A stretch of 64,000 bases of DNA from Verrucomicrobiota bacterium (GTDB lineage: Bacteria; Verrucomicrobiota; Verrucomicrobiia; Limisphaerales; JACPZS01), in assembly GCA_016195385.1 (NCBI GenBank), contig JACPZS010000086.1:5671-69670 (forward strand), written 5' to 3'. The notes beneath the pieces were generated by a model. The model was not told where the DNA came from and did not search any database. It saw only the letters and a list, made by a program, of their open reading frames with translations. Of this stretch, positions 1 through 9,697 are shown one piece after another. The translations under genes were made by a program, and so were the position numbers. Each line of letters opens with the position of its first letter. Within the stretch, counting starts at the first letter, position 1.

Positions 1-134
1 TGGACGAACACTGATACGCATCACGTGACACCGAGCCAGCATCTGAAAAACGTCGCTAACGGCGGCTTCTTTCCCAGTTCGGGACTCGTTTGGCCGTTGT
101 GAATTTATCTTGAACTACTTGGCGGTTTGGCAGA

Positions 135-755
135 ATGAACGATTACTTCGCTCTGTTTGGCGAGCAACGCCGGCCGTGGCTTGATCCCGACGCGCTCAAG
201 GAAAAATTTCTCCAGTTCTCCAGCGAAGTGCATCCCGACCGCGTTCACGCTGCGAGCGCCGAAGTCAAAGCCGCCGCCCAGAGTCGCTACACGGAACTCG
301 TTACTGCCTACCATACCCTTCGCGAACCGCGCGACCGCCTCGGGCATTGGCTGGAACTGGAGCACGGCGCGAAACCTGCGCCGCTGCAATCACTGCCGCC
401 GTCGTTGCAACACTTGCTGTTTGAAGTTGGCCAGCTTCTTCGTGGCACCGATGCGCTGCGTGAGGAAAAATCCCGGGTCAGTTCCCCACTCCTGAAAGTC
501 CAGTTTTTTGAGCGCTGCCAGCCCGCCATCGACCGGCTGCAAGCCGCACTGAAAAAAATTGACGAACAACAAAACGCGCGGCTCGCGGAACTGAAGAATC
601 TGGACGCTGAATGGTTTGGGTTCGCCTCGCCTCAATCTCCGACAGACGGAGCAACCGTGCCCTTTGAACGGCTCGAAGAGATTTATCACGCGCTTGGTTT
701 TCTGGCCCGGTCGGCGGCTCAACTTCGGGAACGCGTGTTCCAACTCGGGCTTTGA
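135..755 (+). CDS. hscB: Fe-S cluster co-chaperone HscB-like J-domain protein
   Basis: ATG ORF of 206 aa. The N-terminus MNDYFALFGE...LDPDALKEKFLQFSSEVHPDRV carries the J-domain HPD tripeptide and aligns in register with my recollection of E. coli HscB (MDYFTLFGLP...YHPDKF). The C-terminal half is helical, as in HscB. Confidence 0.75.
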   Translation: MNDYFALFGEQRRPWLDPDALKEKFLQFSSEVHPDRVHAASAEVKAAAQSRYTELVTAYHTLREPRDRLGHWLELEHGAKPAPLQSLPPSLQHLLFEVGQLLRGTDALREEKSRVSSPLLKVQFFERCQPAIDRLQAALKKIDEQQNARLAELKNLDAEWFGFASPQSPTDGATVPFERLEEIYHALGFLARSAAQLRERVFQLGL

Positions 756-782
756 CTTCCCGCTGACGCGCACCGGAACTTT

Positions 783-2147
783 TCAGCGGACCGTGACAAC
801 CGCGCGTCCCGTTTCTCGATTCAGGAAATTTCCGTTGCTCCGCTCGACGGTCACCGTCAACGCCACGCGGTCGCCTTTTTTCTTGCTGTATAAAATCCGG
901 GCCGCCGTCAGCGCGTCCACGGTCGGCTCGCCGTCAATGGCCGAAATGATGTAGCGCTTCTGCAAATCGGCGGCCTCGGCGGGACTGTTTTTTTCGACGG
1001 CAGTCACAATGAGACCGCTCGTGATGCGCACACGAAAACGCTCGGCCGATTCCGGTGTGAGCGGTTGCACCGTGGCTCCGAGCTTCTGTTTGATGAGGTC
1101 GGCGTTGAAAAAATTGGCCAGCGGGATCAGTTGCAGCGACAGATTTTTTTTGCCGCCCGCGCGCTCGACCACAAGCGACACCGGGCGCTCGTCCTCGGCG
1201 GCGAGCAACTCGGCGTTAAAGTCGATCAAACTTTTCGGTGTCTTGCGATCAATCTCCACGATTGCATCGCCCGCGCGTAAACCGGCCTTTTCCGCCGGGC
1301 TGCCGGACTGGACTTCCGCCACTTTGAGTGGCAGCACGCCGCCCGCAAGCCGCGCGCCGAACCATAGCGAACTCACAATCTCGGGCGTAAAAATATCCGC
1401 GAGGGTTTCGGACACTTGCTTGATCGGGATGGCGAAGCCGATTCCCTGGCCCTGCCGATAAACCGCGACATTGATGCCGATGACTTCGCCGCGCAGGTTG
1501 ATGAGCGGTCCGCCGCTGTTGCCGGGATTGATCGCGGCGTCCGTTTGCAACCAATCCGGAACTTCGAGTGATTCCCCTTCTGCCGCCGTCGCGCGCCGAT
1601 TCTTGGAACTCAAAATGCCACGGCTGACGGAGCCGCCGAGTCCAAACGGATTTCCCAGCGCGATGACGGTTTCGCCCAGCAGCAAATCATCCGGCGCGGC
1701 AAACTTTGCGGCGGCGAATTTACGCGGCGTCTTGCTTACGAGTTTGAGCAGGGCGATGTCGCTCTTGCGCGTGCCACGGATGATTTCTGCGGGCACAATC
1801 TCGCCGTCGGAAAGTTTGCAAAGAATTTCATCGGCTTCCTCCACGACGTGAACGTTGGTCAAAACGTAGCCCGCTTCGTCCACGATGACGCCGGAGCCGG
1901 CGCTTAACTGCGGCGGAAGTTTTTGCGAGTACGGCATCAAATTGTCGCGCCACCAATCATAAAAATATCCGCGCCGCTCCCGCTGTGTCCGGCACATGAT
2001 GTTGACGACGCTGGGCAGGACACGTTCGACGACCTGCACCGTCGCATCACGTCGGATGTCGTCCGCCGCGCCCCAGCCACGCTGCGCAACCAACGCGGCC
2101 AGCATGGTTAAAAAGAAAAATTTCGCCGTAGTTTTCATTTTCGACAT
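783..2147 (-). CDS. htrA: HtrA/DegP-family periplasmic serine protease with two PDZ domains
   Basis: The frame is open over 783..2663, but the upstream part is Arg-rich nonsense overlapping the MFS gene. I moved the start to the ATG at 2145-2147, which gives the signal peptide MSKMKTTAKFFFLTMLAALVA. Catalytic triad contexts TNVHVV, DIALLKL and NPGNSGGPLIN are present, followed by two PDZ-like segments (SPAEKAGLRAGD, SPAEAADLQ). Confidence 0.88.
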   Translation of the reverse strand: MSKMKTTAKFFFLTMLAALVAQRGWGAADDIRRDATVQVVERVLPSVVNIMCRTQRERRGYFYDWWRDNLMPYSQKLPPQLSAGSGVIVDEAGYVLTNVHVVEEADEILCKLSDGEIVPAEIIRGTRKSDIALLKLVSKTPRKFAAAKFAAPDDLLLGETVIALGNPFGLGGSVSRGILSSKNRRATAAEGESLEVPDWLQTDAAINPGNSGGPLINLRGEVIGINVAVYRQGQGIGFAIPIKQVSETLADIFTPEIVSSLWFGARLAGGVLPLKVAEVQSGSPAEKAGLRAGDAIVEIDRKTPKSLIDFNAELLAAEDERPVSLVVERAGGKKNLSLQLIPLANFFNADLIKQKLGATVQPLTPESAERFRVRITSGLIVTAVEKNSPAEAADLQKRYIISAIDGEPTVDALTAARILYSKKKGDRVALTVTVERSNGNFLNRETGRAVVTVR

Positions 2148-2188
2148 GCAAAATATTGTGACAAACCGGGAGCAAAAATGTTCATTTC

Positions 2189-3565
2189 TCAACTTTTCGG
2201 CAAGTCGCGCGCCGCTCCGATCGTGTCGCGACGGAGCAGGGTTGTGGCCGCGGCTATCAAAATTCCCGCGCCGGCGAGATAAATCAAACCGCCGTACGCA
2301 ATCGCGTGGCTCATGTTCGCCACGTCGCTGCCGTGCGATCCGTGGTCGGCGTACCAGCCGGTCAGCCACGTCGCAATCGCGCCGCCAATCCAGCCGACGG
2401 TGTTCATAATGCCCGCCGCTGTCGCGCGCGAACGCGGCGGCACCACGTCGTAAAGCGACGCGAAGATTCCCGCGTCGTAGCAGCCTTTGCACAGGCCGAA
2501 GCACGTCATCGCGATGAGCAGCGTTTTCACGTTTTCTGCCAAGCCAACCAACGAGAGGAATCCCGCGCCCACCAGCAGGCCGAACGCTTGCGCAAGGATG
2601 CGTCCACCCGCGTAGCGGCTTGCGAGCTTGTCGGCCAACATGCCGCAGAACGGCACGCTGCACGCGCTGGCGAGATGGATGTAAACCGCACCGTTCAAGC
2701 CGGCCGCCGCGAGTTGGAAATGAAATTTTTTAACGAGGAACGTCGGCGTCCAAAACAGAAAAACGCCGGCGACCGCGTTTGCTCCGGCGAACACGAGCAT
2801 CAACAGCGGTGCAGTGCGCGTGTGAAAAATGTCAGCGAGCGTTGTCCGAAGATCTGGCGATGCCGCAGGTGCGATTGAAGCGAATTCCGATTCGCCTCGT
2901 TTCGGTTCACGCAAAAAAACAAAGAGAGCGCCGGCGAGCACCATTCCCAGCGTGCCGAAAACGAAGAACGACAATTGCCAGCCTGCGGCGTTAAAGCTCA
3001 CGGTCTTACCGAACACATAGAGCATTACCTTCAAACTGAGTTCCTGCGCCAACAGCGCCCCCAACCAGCTTCCCAGAATCGTCCCGGCATAAACGCTCGA
3101 TTGATGGAACGCCATCGCGCGCGAACGGGTCTTCGGCGAGTGATAGTCGCTGACCAGCGACATCGAGGCGGGGAAATAAAATGTTTCGCCGAAACCTTCG
3201 AGCGCTCGCACGCCGATGAATTGCCAAAGTTGACTGCACCAACCGGTCGCGACGGTGACGACGCTCCAGAAAAAACAGCCGCCGAGAATCAGGTTCACTC
3301 GGCGAAAACGATCCGCGATGAAGCCGGCGAACGGCGCGCCCGCCGCGTAAATCCACATGAACGCCGAACCGATGAGGCCCATCTGGTCATTCGTGAAATG
3401 AAATTCTTCCTTGAGCTTGGGCGCGATGCCGGAGAGCGCCTGGCGGTCGGCGTAATTGAAAAAGCAGACGAACCACAACATGAAGACGACCCACCATTTG
3501 TAGTTGGGCGGCGTTGTGCGTCCGGCGGGCGAAGCCGCCGACTGCGGCTTCAGGTCAGCTTCCAT
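2189..3565 (-). CDS. MFS transporter (anion:cation symporter / hexuronate-galactonate-like)
   Basis: 458 aa with about 12 hydrophobic helices. It has the MFS loop motif ADRFRRVNLILGG and N-terminal FFNYADRQALSG. Its start overlaps the upstream aldolase gene by 16 nt, suggesting co-transcription. Confidence 0.8.
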   Translation of the reverse strand: MEADLKPQSAASPAGRTTPPNYKWWVVFMLWFVCFFNYADRQALSGIAPKLKEEFHFTNDQMGLIGSAFMWIYAAGAPFAGFIADRFRRVNLILGGCFFWSVVTVATGWCSQLWQFIGVRALEGFGETFYFPASMSLVSDYHSPKTRSRAMAFHQSSVYAGTILGSWLGALLAQELSLKVMLYVFGKTVSFNAAGWQLSFFVFGTLGMVLAGALFVFLREPKRGESEFASIAPAASPDLRTTLADIFHTRTAPLLMLVFAGANAVAGVFLFWTPTFLVKKFHFQLAAAGLNGAVYIHLASACSVPFCGMLADKLASRYAGGRILAQAFGLLVGAGFLSLVGLAENVKTLLIAMTCFGLCKGCYDAGIFASLYDVVPPRSRATAAGIMNTVGWIGGAIATWLTGWYADHGSHGSDVANMSHAIAYGGLIYLAGAGILIAAATTLLRRDTIGAARDLPKS

Positions 3566-4449
3566 TCGTTCAACAACTGCCGCACTTCGGCGATCAACGC
3601 CTGATACCGCGCTTGTGTCGCGGGCGACACGATGGATTTCGGCAGACCAACATGTCGGCCGCGCGCAGCCATTGCGGCGGAGACGTTCAGCGGAAATTCC
3701 AGTTTGTCCATCAAGCCGCCGAACGCGCTCATGATGCGAATCGCATCGGCGGCCTGTGCCGGCGTGCCAGCTTTCACGGCGTGAAAAATTTCAAGCACGA
3801 CTTCGGGAACCACGTTCGCCAGTCCGCTGACGCAACCGGTCACGCCGAGTGCCATCGCCTCGGCGAGCCGCGTATCCGCGCCCGTCAACACGACGAAATT
3901 TTTCTCGCGACCGAGTTGCACGAGTTCGCGATGATAGCTGAATTCCGCGCCGCTCTGCTTGACGCCGGCGAGCGGCACGCGCGCGGCAACCGCAGCAACC
4001 GTTTCGAGGCTGATACGCTGGCCGGTGCGCTCCGGAAAATTGTAGAGGAAGAGCGGCAGTTGCGCCATTTCCCCGGCACGCACGAAGAATTCGACGAGGT
4101 CGGCTTGCGCGAGCGCGAAGAACCACGGCGGCAGCGCGGTCACGGCGGCGCAACCAATTTGGCGCGCGTGAGTCGCCAACTCCGTTACGACTGCGAGACG
4201 TACATTACTGATGTTAGCAATGATCGGCAGCGGGCTGACTCGCCGCGTAACCAGTTCGAGGATTTCTTTTCGTTGAGCTGTATCGAAATGGACGAATTCG
4301 CCGGTGCTGCCCAGCGGCATGATGCCATGCACGTTTCGCGCGCGGATGAAATCGAGATTGGCTTCGAGTTCGCGGGTCAGCAGTTGCCCGCGTTCATCGG
4401 TCGGTGTCCAGAGCGCGACAATAATTCCTTCGCGCGGAGTCGGTATCAT
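3550..4449 (-). CDS. DapA / N-acetylneuraminate-lyase family class I aldolase
   Basis: 299 aa. It carries the GSTGEF motif (PLGSTGEFVHF) and a Schiff-base lysine context (LAGVKQSG) typical of the DHDPS/NAL family. Substrate is not assignable from sequence alone. Confidence 0.8.
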   Translation of the reverse strand: MIPTPREGIIVALWTPTDERGQLLTRELEANLDFIRARNVHGIMPLGSTGEFVHFDTAQRKEILELVTRRVSPLPIIANISNVRLAVVTELATHARQIGCAAVTALPPWFFALAQADLVEFFVRAGEMAQLPLFLYNFPERTGQRISLETVAAVAARVPLAGVKQSGAEFSYHRELVQLGREKNFVVLTGADTRLAEAMALGVTGCVSGLANVVPEVVLEIFHAVKAGTPAQAADAIRIMSAFGGLMDKLEFPLNVSAAMAARGRHVGLPKSIVSPATQARYQALIAEVRQLLNEWKLT

Positions 4450-4553
4450 GCAAAGAAACTAGGAAGAAATTTTTCCGCTGTCGCGACATTTTGCGGCAAA
4501 TTTTTGTCGATTTCAGCGCAACGTGGATTCATTCTTGCCGGACAAAATCAAAA

Positions 4554-5975
4554 ATGAACTCTCCGTCCGCTTATCGAAACTTGCCTCCCTTGGCGGGCAT
4601 CTGCTCGCTGGACGAAGCGATGAAGCCCGGCCTCTCCGTTGAGCAGTGTGTTGCCCGCCTCAAACGGTATCACTACGCGTTCAAGCGGCTTCACGAAATC
4701 TTCGTCGCGCGACTCACGGCCGAGCCGATCTACGAATTGAAAATGGCTTTCAGCCTCCACGCGCACATTTGCGCCGAACACGTCGCTGCTTTGCGCAAGC
4801 GTGTCGGCGAAATGCGCGAGCCGCCGTTGGGTCTCGAAGAAATTCCTGATCCGAATCTCGAAATCTTTTTCGATGAAATTCTCGCCGCGCCGACAACCGA
4901 AGAATTGATCGTCGCGCTTTACGCGAAGGCGGTTCCCGCTTTGCAGGCCGCGCTCGAAAATCATTTGTGCGAGACGAATCCGCTCGCGGATCACCCGAGC
5001 GTGCGGCTGTGCCGGTTCGCGCTTCTCGACTTCGCCAACTTGCTGAAATATGGCGCGCAGGCCATCACTTCGTTGACCGATGCGAAACGGCGAGCGGCGA
5101 ACCAGACGTGGATCGGGCTGTTGGACGAATGTCTTGCGGCTGCGGGCGGACTCGACGGAACGCAAACACCGAGCGGAAACTCCGTCACACGTCAACATTC
5201 AGCCAAGCCGTTTCAATTCGACGCCCGGCCGCGACGTGACGAGCGCTTCCCCGACCCGTACAACATGGGCGTGAATGCCGAGGTGTTTCTTTACGACGAG
5301 AAATTTCCGCCGGAGCCGAAGACGCTGATGATGTTTTACAAACGGCTGCGCGAGATCGACGTGCCCGAAATGATGGCCAGCATCATCACCGAGACGCCGG
5401 GCAAGCCGTGGGATTATTACCGCGACATGACGCGCCAGCTCTGGGACGAAGCGCGCCACGCGATGATGGGCGAAGTGGGCTTCACGCAGCTCGGCGTCGA
5501 TTGGCGCAAGGTGATGATCAACTTCACCTGGTCGCTGGCGCTCAATACGCAGCTCAAACCGATTGAGCGCCACGCCGTGCTTTATTTCATCGAGCAAGGG
5601 TTGATGCCCAAGAATGGCAAGCGCTTCGAGTGGGAAGTCGGCCTCGCGTCGCACAATCCGCTCTCGGCGCTGTTCCAGGATTACGATTGGGCGGATGAAG
5701 TGCTCCACGCGAAGATCGGCCGTGATTGGTATCTCAAGGAATTCAGCGACGCCAAAAGCGCCGTCCAATATGGCGACGCCTGCTGGTCGCGCATTTTGAT
5801 GGGCTGGAAACAATGGCGCGACGATGGGCTGACGCAACATCGTAACTGGTGGCCTGACGTTTATCGCGCCGCATGCGAACGCTGGGGCGTCACGCCCGAT
5901 CCCAAAGTGCTGGCCTACGCGACGACCTACGAAACGGTGCGCGCGGATCTCAAGGCGATTTCCGCGTCCGCTTGA
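4554..5975 (+). CDS. hypothetical protein with ferritin-like / di-iron-type E-x-x-H motifs
   Basis: The ORF track gives 4491..5975. The first ATG clear of the divergent aldolase start is at 4554. Codon usage looks coding throughout. ExxH pairs (WDEARHAMMGE, WADEVLHAKIG) resemble ferritin-like di-iron proteins. The product call is weak. Confidence 0.55.
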   Translation: MNSPSAYRNLPPLAGICSLDEAMKPGLSVEQCVARLKRYHYAFKRLHEIFVARLTAEPIYELKMAFSLHAHICAEHVAALRKRVGEMREPPLGLEEIPDPNLEIFFDEILAAPTTEELIVALYAKAVPALQAALENHLCETNPLADHPSVRLCRFALLDFANLLKYGAQAITSLTDAKRRAANQTWIGLLDECLAAAGGLDGTQTPSGNSVTRQHSAKPFQFDARPRRDERFPDPYNMGVNAEVFLYDEKFPPEPKTLMMFYKRLREIDVPEMMASIITETPGKPWDYYRDMTRQLWDEARHAMMGEVGFTQLGVDWRKVMINFTWSLALNTQLKPIERHAVLYFIEQGLMPKNGKRFEWEVGLASHNPLSALFQDYDWADEVLHAKIGRDWYLKEFSDAKSAVQYGDACWSRILMGWKQWRDDGLTQHRNWWPDVYRAACERWGVTPDPKVLAYATTYETVRADLKAISASA

Positions 5976-6270
5976 CCGGTCGAGTTTTTTTCCGCAGTCG
6001 GAGCACGCCGGCGAACTGTTTTCGCGGGCGATGATTTGCGGTTCATGGAACGCGGGCAGGGCCACCGGCGCGCGATTCGTGCGAACTACGTTGAGTATGC
6101 TCCTCGATTGGAAAAACCGTTGCGTGAGCTTGCAATAGAAATCTTGATTAGTCATCACCAGCAGGGTGCAATCCGATTTTGAACGCAGCTGAATTCTTTG
6201 GCAGGCAGTATCCGATGATTTTGTGGTTGCCGGACTGAGTCACTGCTGTGAATCCGCGGAGAAGTAGAAA

Positions 6271-7440
6271 ATGAGCCGATTGACCGTTATCAGTTTGGCC
6301 GTGCTCGCGTTGTCCGCTTGCCAGTTGTGGGGACAAGCGGAGGCGCAAATCCGAATACACTGTTTGTCGGTGCTCTTTCACCCGGTGCCTACCAACATCC
6401 AAACGGTGACCTATTCCTTGGAGTTGGGGGCGGTCGATGCTTCGCTCGGCCCTCCGAATGGAGAATTGTTTCCCAACTTCAGTGATTCGGTCGGTGATTT
6501 TACGAGTCTCCGGGGCTACTACCGTTTCACTGCCAGCAACCGTCAAAAACCTTTTGCGGACGACTTCATTGTTGAAATTCCGCCGTTTGTTGATTTGAAC
6601 GGAAACGGGATCAGTGACTTTTTTGAAATCGGCCAGGGCGTTCCGACGACTACTACCGGCGGGCTTTTTGAAGACACCGGCATCCAAGGCGGTTCGATTC
6701 AGGCGACCTGGACGCGTCCGGCTAATTCCGCAAACGGAATCGTTCAGATGTCGATGAAAAGTTCCATTCTCAAGCTGGATGCGACCTTCATAATTCCGTT
6801 CGAGATTTTGGAGTATGCCGGCACGTTTGAATACACACCGGGAAACACGACGACGGAGGGTTCGATAACCTTTGTCCGGGTTTCGCAACCGAACCTGAGC
6901 CTCGCGGGCACGGTAAAATTCAAGAAAGACGCGGCCGACTTGATCGATCTCCTTCCCGGATCTTGGGCCGACGCTGCTGGCAAAGCGATCCCGTACCAAG
7001 GTTACCTTTCAGTGTCGTCACAGACCGCGCTGATTCAAAGGTTGGGGTCGAATTATGAAGGTCTGATCGCCTTCGATGACGGGACGTTCAGTCGAACCGG
7101 GCCGGTCTTCGATCTGAATAGAAACATCCAGCCCATCGTTTGGGATTTGTCCATCGCGGACCCCAATGATTTCGATGCCAACGGTATTCCCGATTTGAGC
7201 GACTCGACGTTGCCCCCGCTTCGGCCCCGGCGGCCCTACTTGTCATTGAGCCGTTCGTCGAATCGCCTTTTGTTTTCCCTGCTCGGCCAGGTCGGGCAGA
7301 GTTACCAAATCGAGCAGAGCCTGGACTTGGTTCAAGCCAACTGGACGACGGTCTTGTCCGTGCAACTCACCAATGAAACGCAGGTCTTCCTTTGGCCGCC
7401 GCCGCCGGCCAACGCATTCTGGCGGGCGCGAATTCCTTGA
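6271..7440 (+). CDS. exported hypothetical protein, paralog of 10637..11734 (P-family copy 1)
   Basis: A GGAG sits 8 nt upstream of the ATG. The signal peptide is MSRLTVISLAVLALSACQLWG. Asp/Asn calcium-loop-like motifs DLNGNGISDFFE and DPNDFDANGIPDLSD are present. The C-terminal beta-rich module ends AFWRARIP. Similarity to the second copy runs along the whole length. Confidence 0.8.
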   Translation: MSRLTVISLAVLALSACQLWGQAEAQIRIHCLSVLFHPVPTNIQTVTYSLELGAVDASLGPPNGELFPNFSDSVGDFTSLRGYYRFTASNRQKPFADDFIVEIPPFVDLNGNGISDFFEIGQGVPTTTTGGLFEDTGIQGGSIQATWTRPANSANGIVQMSMKSSILKLDATFIIPFEILEYAGTFEYTPGNTTTEGSITFVRVSQPNLSLAGTVKFKKDAADLIDLLPGSWADAAGKAIPYQGYLSVSSQTALIQRLGSNYEGLIAFDDGTFSRTGPVFDLNRNIQPIVWDLSIADPNDFDANGIPDLSDSTLPPLRPRRPYLSLSRSSNRLLFSLLGQVGQSYQIEQSLDLVQANWTTVLSVQLTNETQVFLWPPPPANAFWRARIP

Positions 7441-7591
7441 CTCAAGTGCGCCCTGGCTTGGCCACGCAAAGAAACACATCAAAGCAACAAGTGAAAGCCG
7501 CGAGGCCGATGACTATTTGCTGCTCACAAAAATGATCCGCTTCGCCGCCACACGTTTGCCGGAGCGAATGATTGACTCAAATCGCGCACCG

Positions 7592-9529
7592 CTATTTTCC
7601 GCTGGCTGGCGAGGGATTTTTCGTTTGTTCTGAGATAATCTGGCGAATGAGTTCGATGTTTTCGCGCGCGATGGCATCGTCCGGGTTTAGACGAAGCGCC
7701 TTTTCAAATTGTGCGGTCGCTTCTGGAAGTTGACCGAGCCGAAGGTAAACGTTACCCAAACTTCCTTGCGCGCGGTTGTCCGCGGGGTCGAGTCGTACCG
7801 CAGCCTCGAATGCTTTTTGGGCTTGGGGCAGCCAGCCTTCCTGCAACAGAAGGACTCCCACATCAAAGTAAGCTTGTTGATAGTCCGGTTTGAGTTCGAT
7901 GGCTTTCGTGAAATGTTGTAGCGCTTCGTCGCGCTTTCCCTGATCACACAAGAGGGTGCCAAGCGTTAAATGCGCTTTGGCATCGTTCGGATTTTTTCGC
8001 AGGGCGTGCTGGCTGCTCTCAAAGAAAAGCGCCTGGGTCTTTTGCGCGTACGCCCGGCTCAATTTCGACCGGTCGCCCGCGTCGCGCACGAGCAATTGCA
8101 GCCATAACTCGCCCATCTCATCCGATGATTGCGCGCCGTAGCTGATGAGCTTCGGCGGGTTGTTTGGATTGCGGATGTTGTTGGTGGAATTGTCGTAGGT
8201 GTAGCGCATCGCCAGCGTGGTTCCTTTCGGCAACAAGATTGGCTCGGCGTACCGGTAATCGCCCTGCCACTTGAAGTCCCAATTCTTGATTTCAATGAGC
8301 TTTTTCGTGATGCCGTCCGGCAGCGTCGCCGTGCCGATCATTTCCCGCGCGACGTAATGAGCGTGTGGCAGAACGCCGACCACTGAGGCATCAACCGGCA
8401 GGGTGAACGAATCGGTCACTGCGTAGTTGGATTCGCCGGGTGGGATTTCGATGCTAAGCGAGTTCAACACCATTTTGAACGGTGTGTTGGTCGGAGCGTG
8501 GTCGGTGAAGTAAAAGCCAATGGAGGATTGGAGTGTTTCCGGTTTGCCGGTCGGGTTCATGTGTACCTGGAGCACGAGATCGCTTTTCGGCTCCAGCGTC
8601 CACGCGAGTCCTTCCGGCGCGACCAATGGCATTTTGCCAGGTTGATAGCTGAGAAACTGGCCTTCCGGCATTTGAACGCCGTCCGGCGGACGTATGCCCG
8701 GAAACCCTGGTTGCGGCTCTTTGGCAGCAAGCCGACGAGATTGCTGTGTGCGGTCGATGTACATGAATGCGTGATGGACAATGCGCGAGTTCCCGGGACG
8801 CAACTCGATGGCTTTTACATAGCGTCGTTTGTCGGTCGGTATCGGAATGACAAAGTTGCGGTAAACGTCACGACCTTCAGCGTCCAGTGTGTACTGTAGG
8901 GGCATGGTCACCACCAGATCGGGTGGACCAAGAAACCACCCGTCCGGCCAGTTTGGTGCGGAGGGCAGATCCGATAGGTTCCCTTCGACGGCACCCTCGG
9001 CGATCCACTGCTGCAATCTTCCGAGTTCACTGGCCGTCAGAAGTCTTTCGTTTTCGAACCTTGCTTCGCCGGTCTCCGGCGACCACGGCGGCATGATTCG
9101 TCTGGCCGTCACCTCGGCGATTTGCGTCGTTCGCTTCTTCACATCGGCGTAAGTAAGCAAACTGAACGGCGCCGCCTGGCCAGCACGATGGCAGGGAGAG
9201 CAGCGGTTCCAGACAATCATCGCGATATTCTTATTGAACGTCAGCGCTGGCAATGCGCGTTCTGAATCATGTGGAGGCGCCTGGGCATCGCGCGGCGCTG
9301 GGGTGGCAGCGGCCGCAAGCAATCCCAGGTCAATCGAAATTGCATGAATCCACGTTACGATGAAACACGTGAGGAGGAATGTTCTGAACCGCCGGAAGCC
9401 TGTGAACGATGGTGGCAAACAATTGACACTCGCCCTCGGCATGAGCGCAGCTCCCGCGAGCTTGGGCAATAATTTCAATCCGGTCCGGCTTTTCATGGAA
9501 ACACAACCAAGACTCAACTCGATTGACAC
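7592..9529 (-). CDS. membrane-anchored/exported fusion protein: CXXCH motif + copper type II monooxygenase-like domain + C-terminal TPR repeats
   Basis: 645-aa ORF from a GTG at 9529, with an alternative ATG at 9496. It has a hydrophobic anchor (FLLTCFIVTWIHAISIDLGLLAAAA) and a single CSPCH motif. A His/Met ligand series VHHAF ... LQVHM ... LPHAHY ... SSDEMGE follows. The tail has about four TPR-like repeats (AKAHLTLGTLL..., AYFDVGVLLLQEG..., AQGSLGNVYLRLG...). Confidence 0.78.
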   Translation of the reverse strand: MSIELSLGCVSMKSRTGLKLLPKLAGAALMPRASVNCLPPSFTGFRRFRTFLLTCFIVTWIHAISIDLGLLAAAATPAPRDAQAPPHDSERALPALTFNKNIAMIVWNRCSPCHRAGQAAPFSLLTYADVKKRTTQIAEVTARRIMPPWSPETGEARFENERLLTASELGRLQQWIAEGAVEGNLSDLPSAPNWPDGWFLGPPDLVVTMPLQYTLDAEGRDVYRNFVIPIPTDKRRYVKAIELRPGNSRIVHHAFMYIDRTQQSRRLAAKEPQPGFPGIRPPDGVQMPEGQFLSYQPGKMPLVAPEGLAWTLEPKSDLVLQVHMNPTGKPETLQSSIGFYFTDHAPTNTPFKMVLNSLSIEIPPGESNYAVTDSFTLPVDASVVGVLPHAHYVAREMIGTATLPDGITKKLIEIKNWDFKWQGDYRYAEPILLPKGTTLAMRYTYDNSTNNIRNPNNPPKLISYGAQSSDEMGELWLQLLVRDAGDRSKLSRAYAQKTQALFFESSQHALRKNPNDAKAHLTLGTLLCDQGKRDEALQHFTKAIELKPDYQQAYFDVGVLLLQEGWLPQAQKAFEAAVRLDPADNRAQGSLGNVYLRLGQLPEATAQFEKALRLNPDDAIARENIELIRQIISEQTKNPSPASGK

Positions 9530-9610
9530 ACACGGGCATCGACGATGTCGAAATGTGGGCTGTTAAGTATCGGAGTCAATTGTCATTTTATTACAGTCTT
9601 GGTGTTCATC

Positions 9611-9657
9611 TTGAGTCGAAATTCAAATATTGCGGGTTTCTTCCAGTCCTGTACAAC
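9611..9657 (+). promoter_or_regulatory. conserved upstream element of pseudopilin-like genes (copy 1)
   Basis: TTGAGTCGAAATTCAAATATTGCGGGTTTCTTCCAGTCCTGTACAAC ends 40 nt upstream of the ATG at 9698. It matches the reverse complement of 12781..12826, including an identical 15-nt core TTGCGGGTTTCTTCC. Confidence 0.45.
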
Positions 9658-9697
9658 TCGGTAGTCCTCGCAAAGCCAGCAGTCGGGTCCAAACTGT

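Noticed and set aside
1-102. Open frame running into the left window edge (…THHVTPSQHLKNVANGGFFPSSGLVWPL-stop), possibly the 3' end of a gene.
   Set aside because: Only 33 codons are visible and no motif is recognisable, so it is not reportable as a feature.
2148-2663. N-terminal 172-codon extension of the HtrA ORF (783..2663) suggested by the ORF track.
   Set aside because: The extension overlaps the 3' end of the MFS transporter gene and translates to Arg-rich nonsense. A canonical signal peptide begins at the ATG at 2145-2147. Similar reasoning removed the extensions at 24615..24776, 53257..53664, 54368..54487 and 60465..60509.
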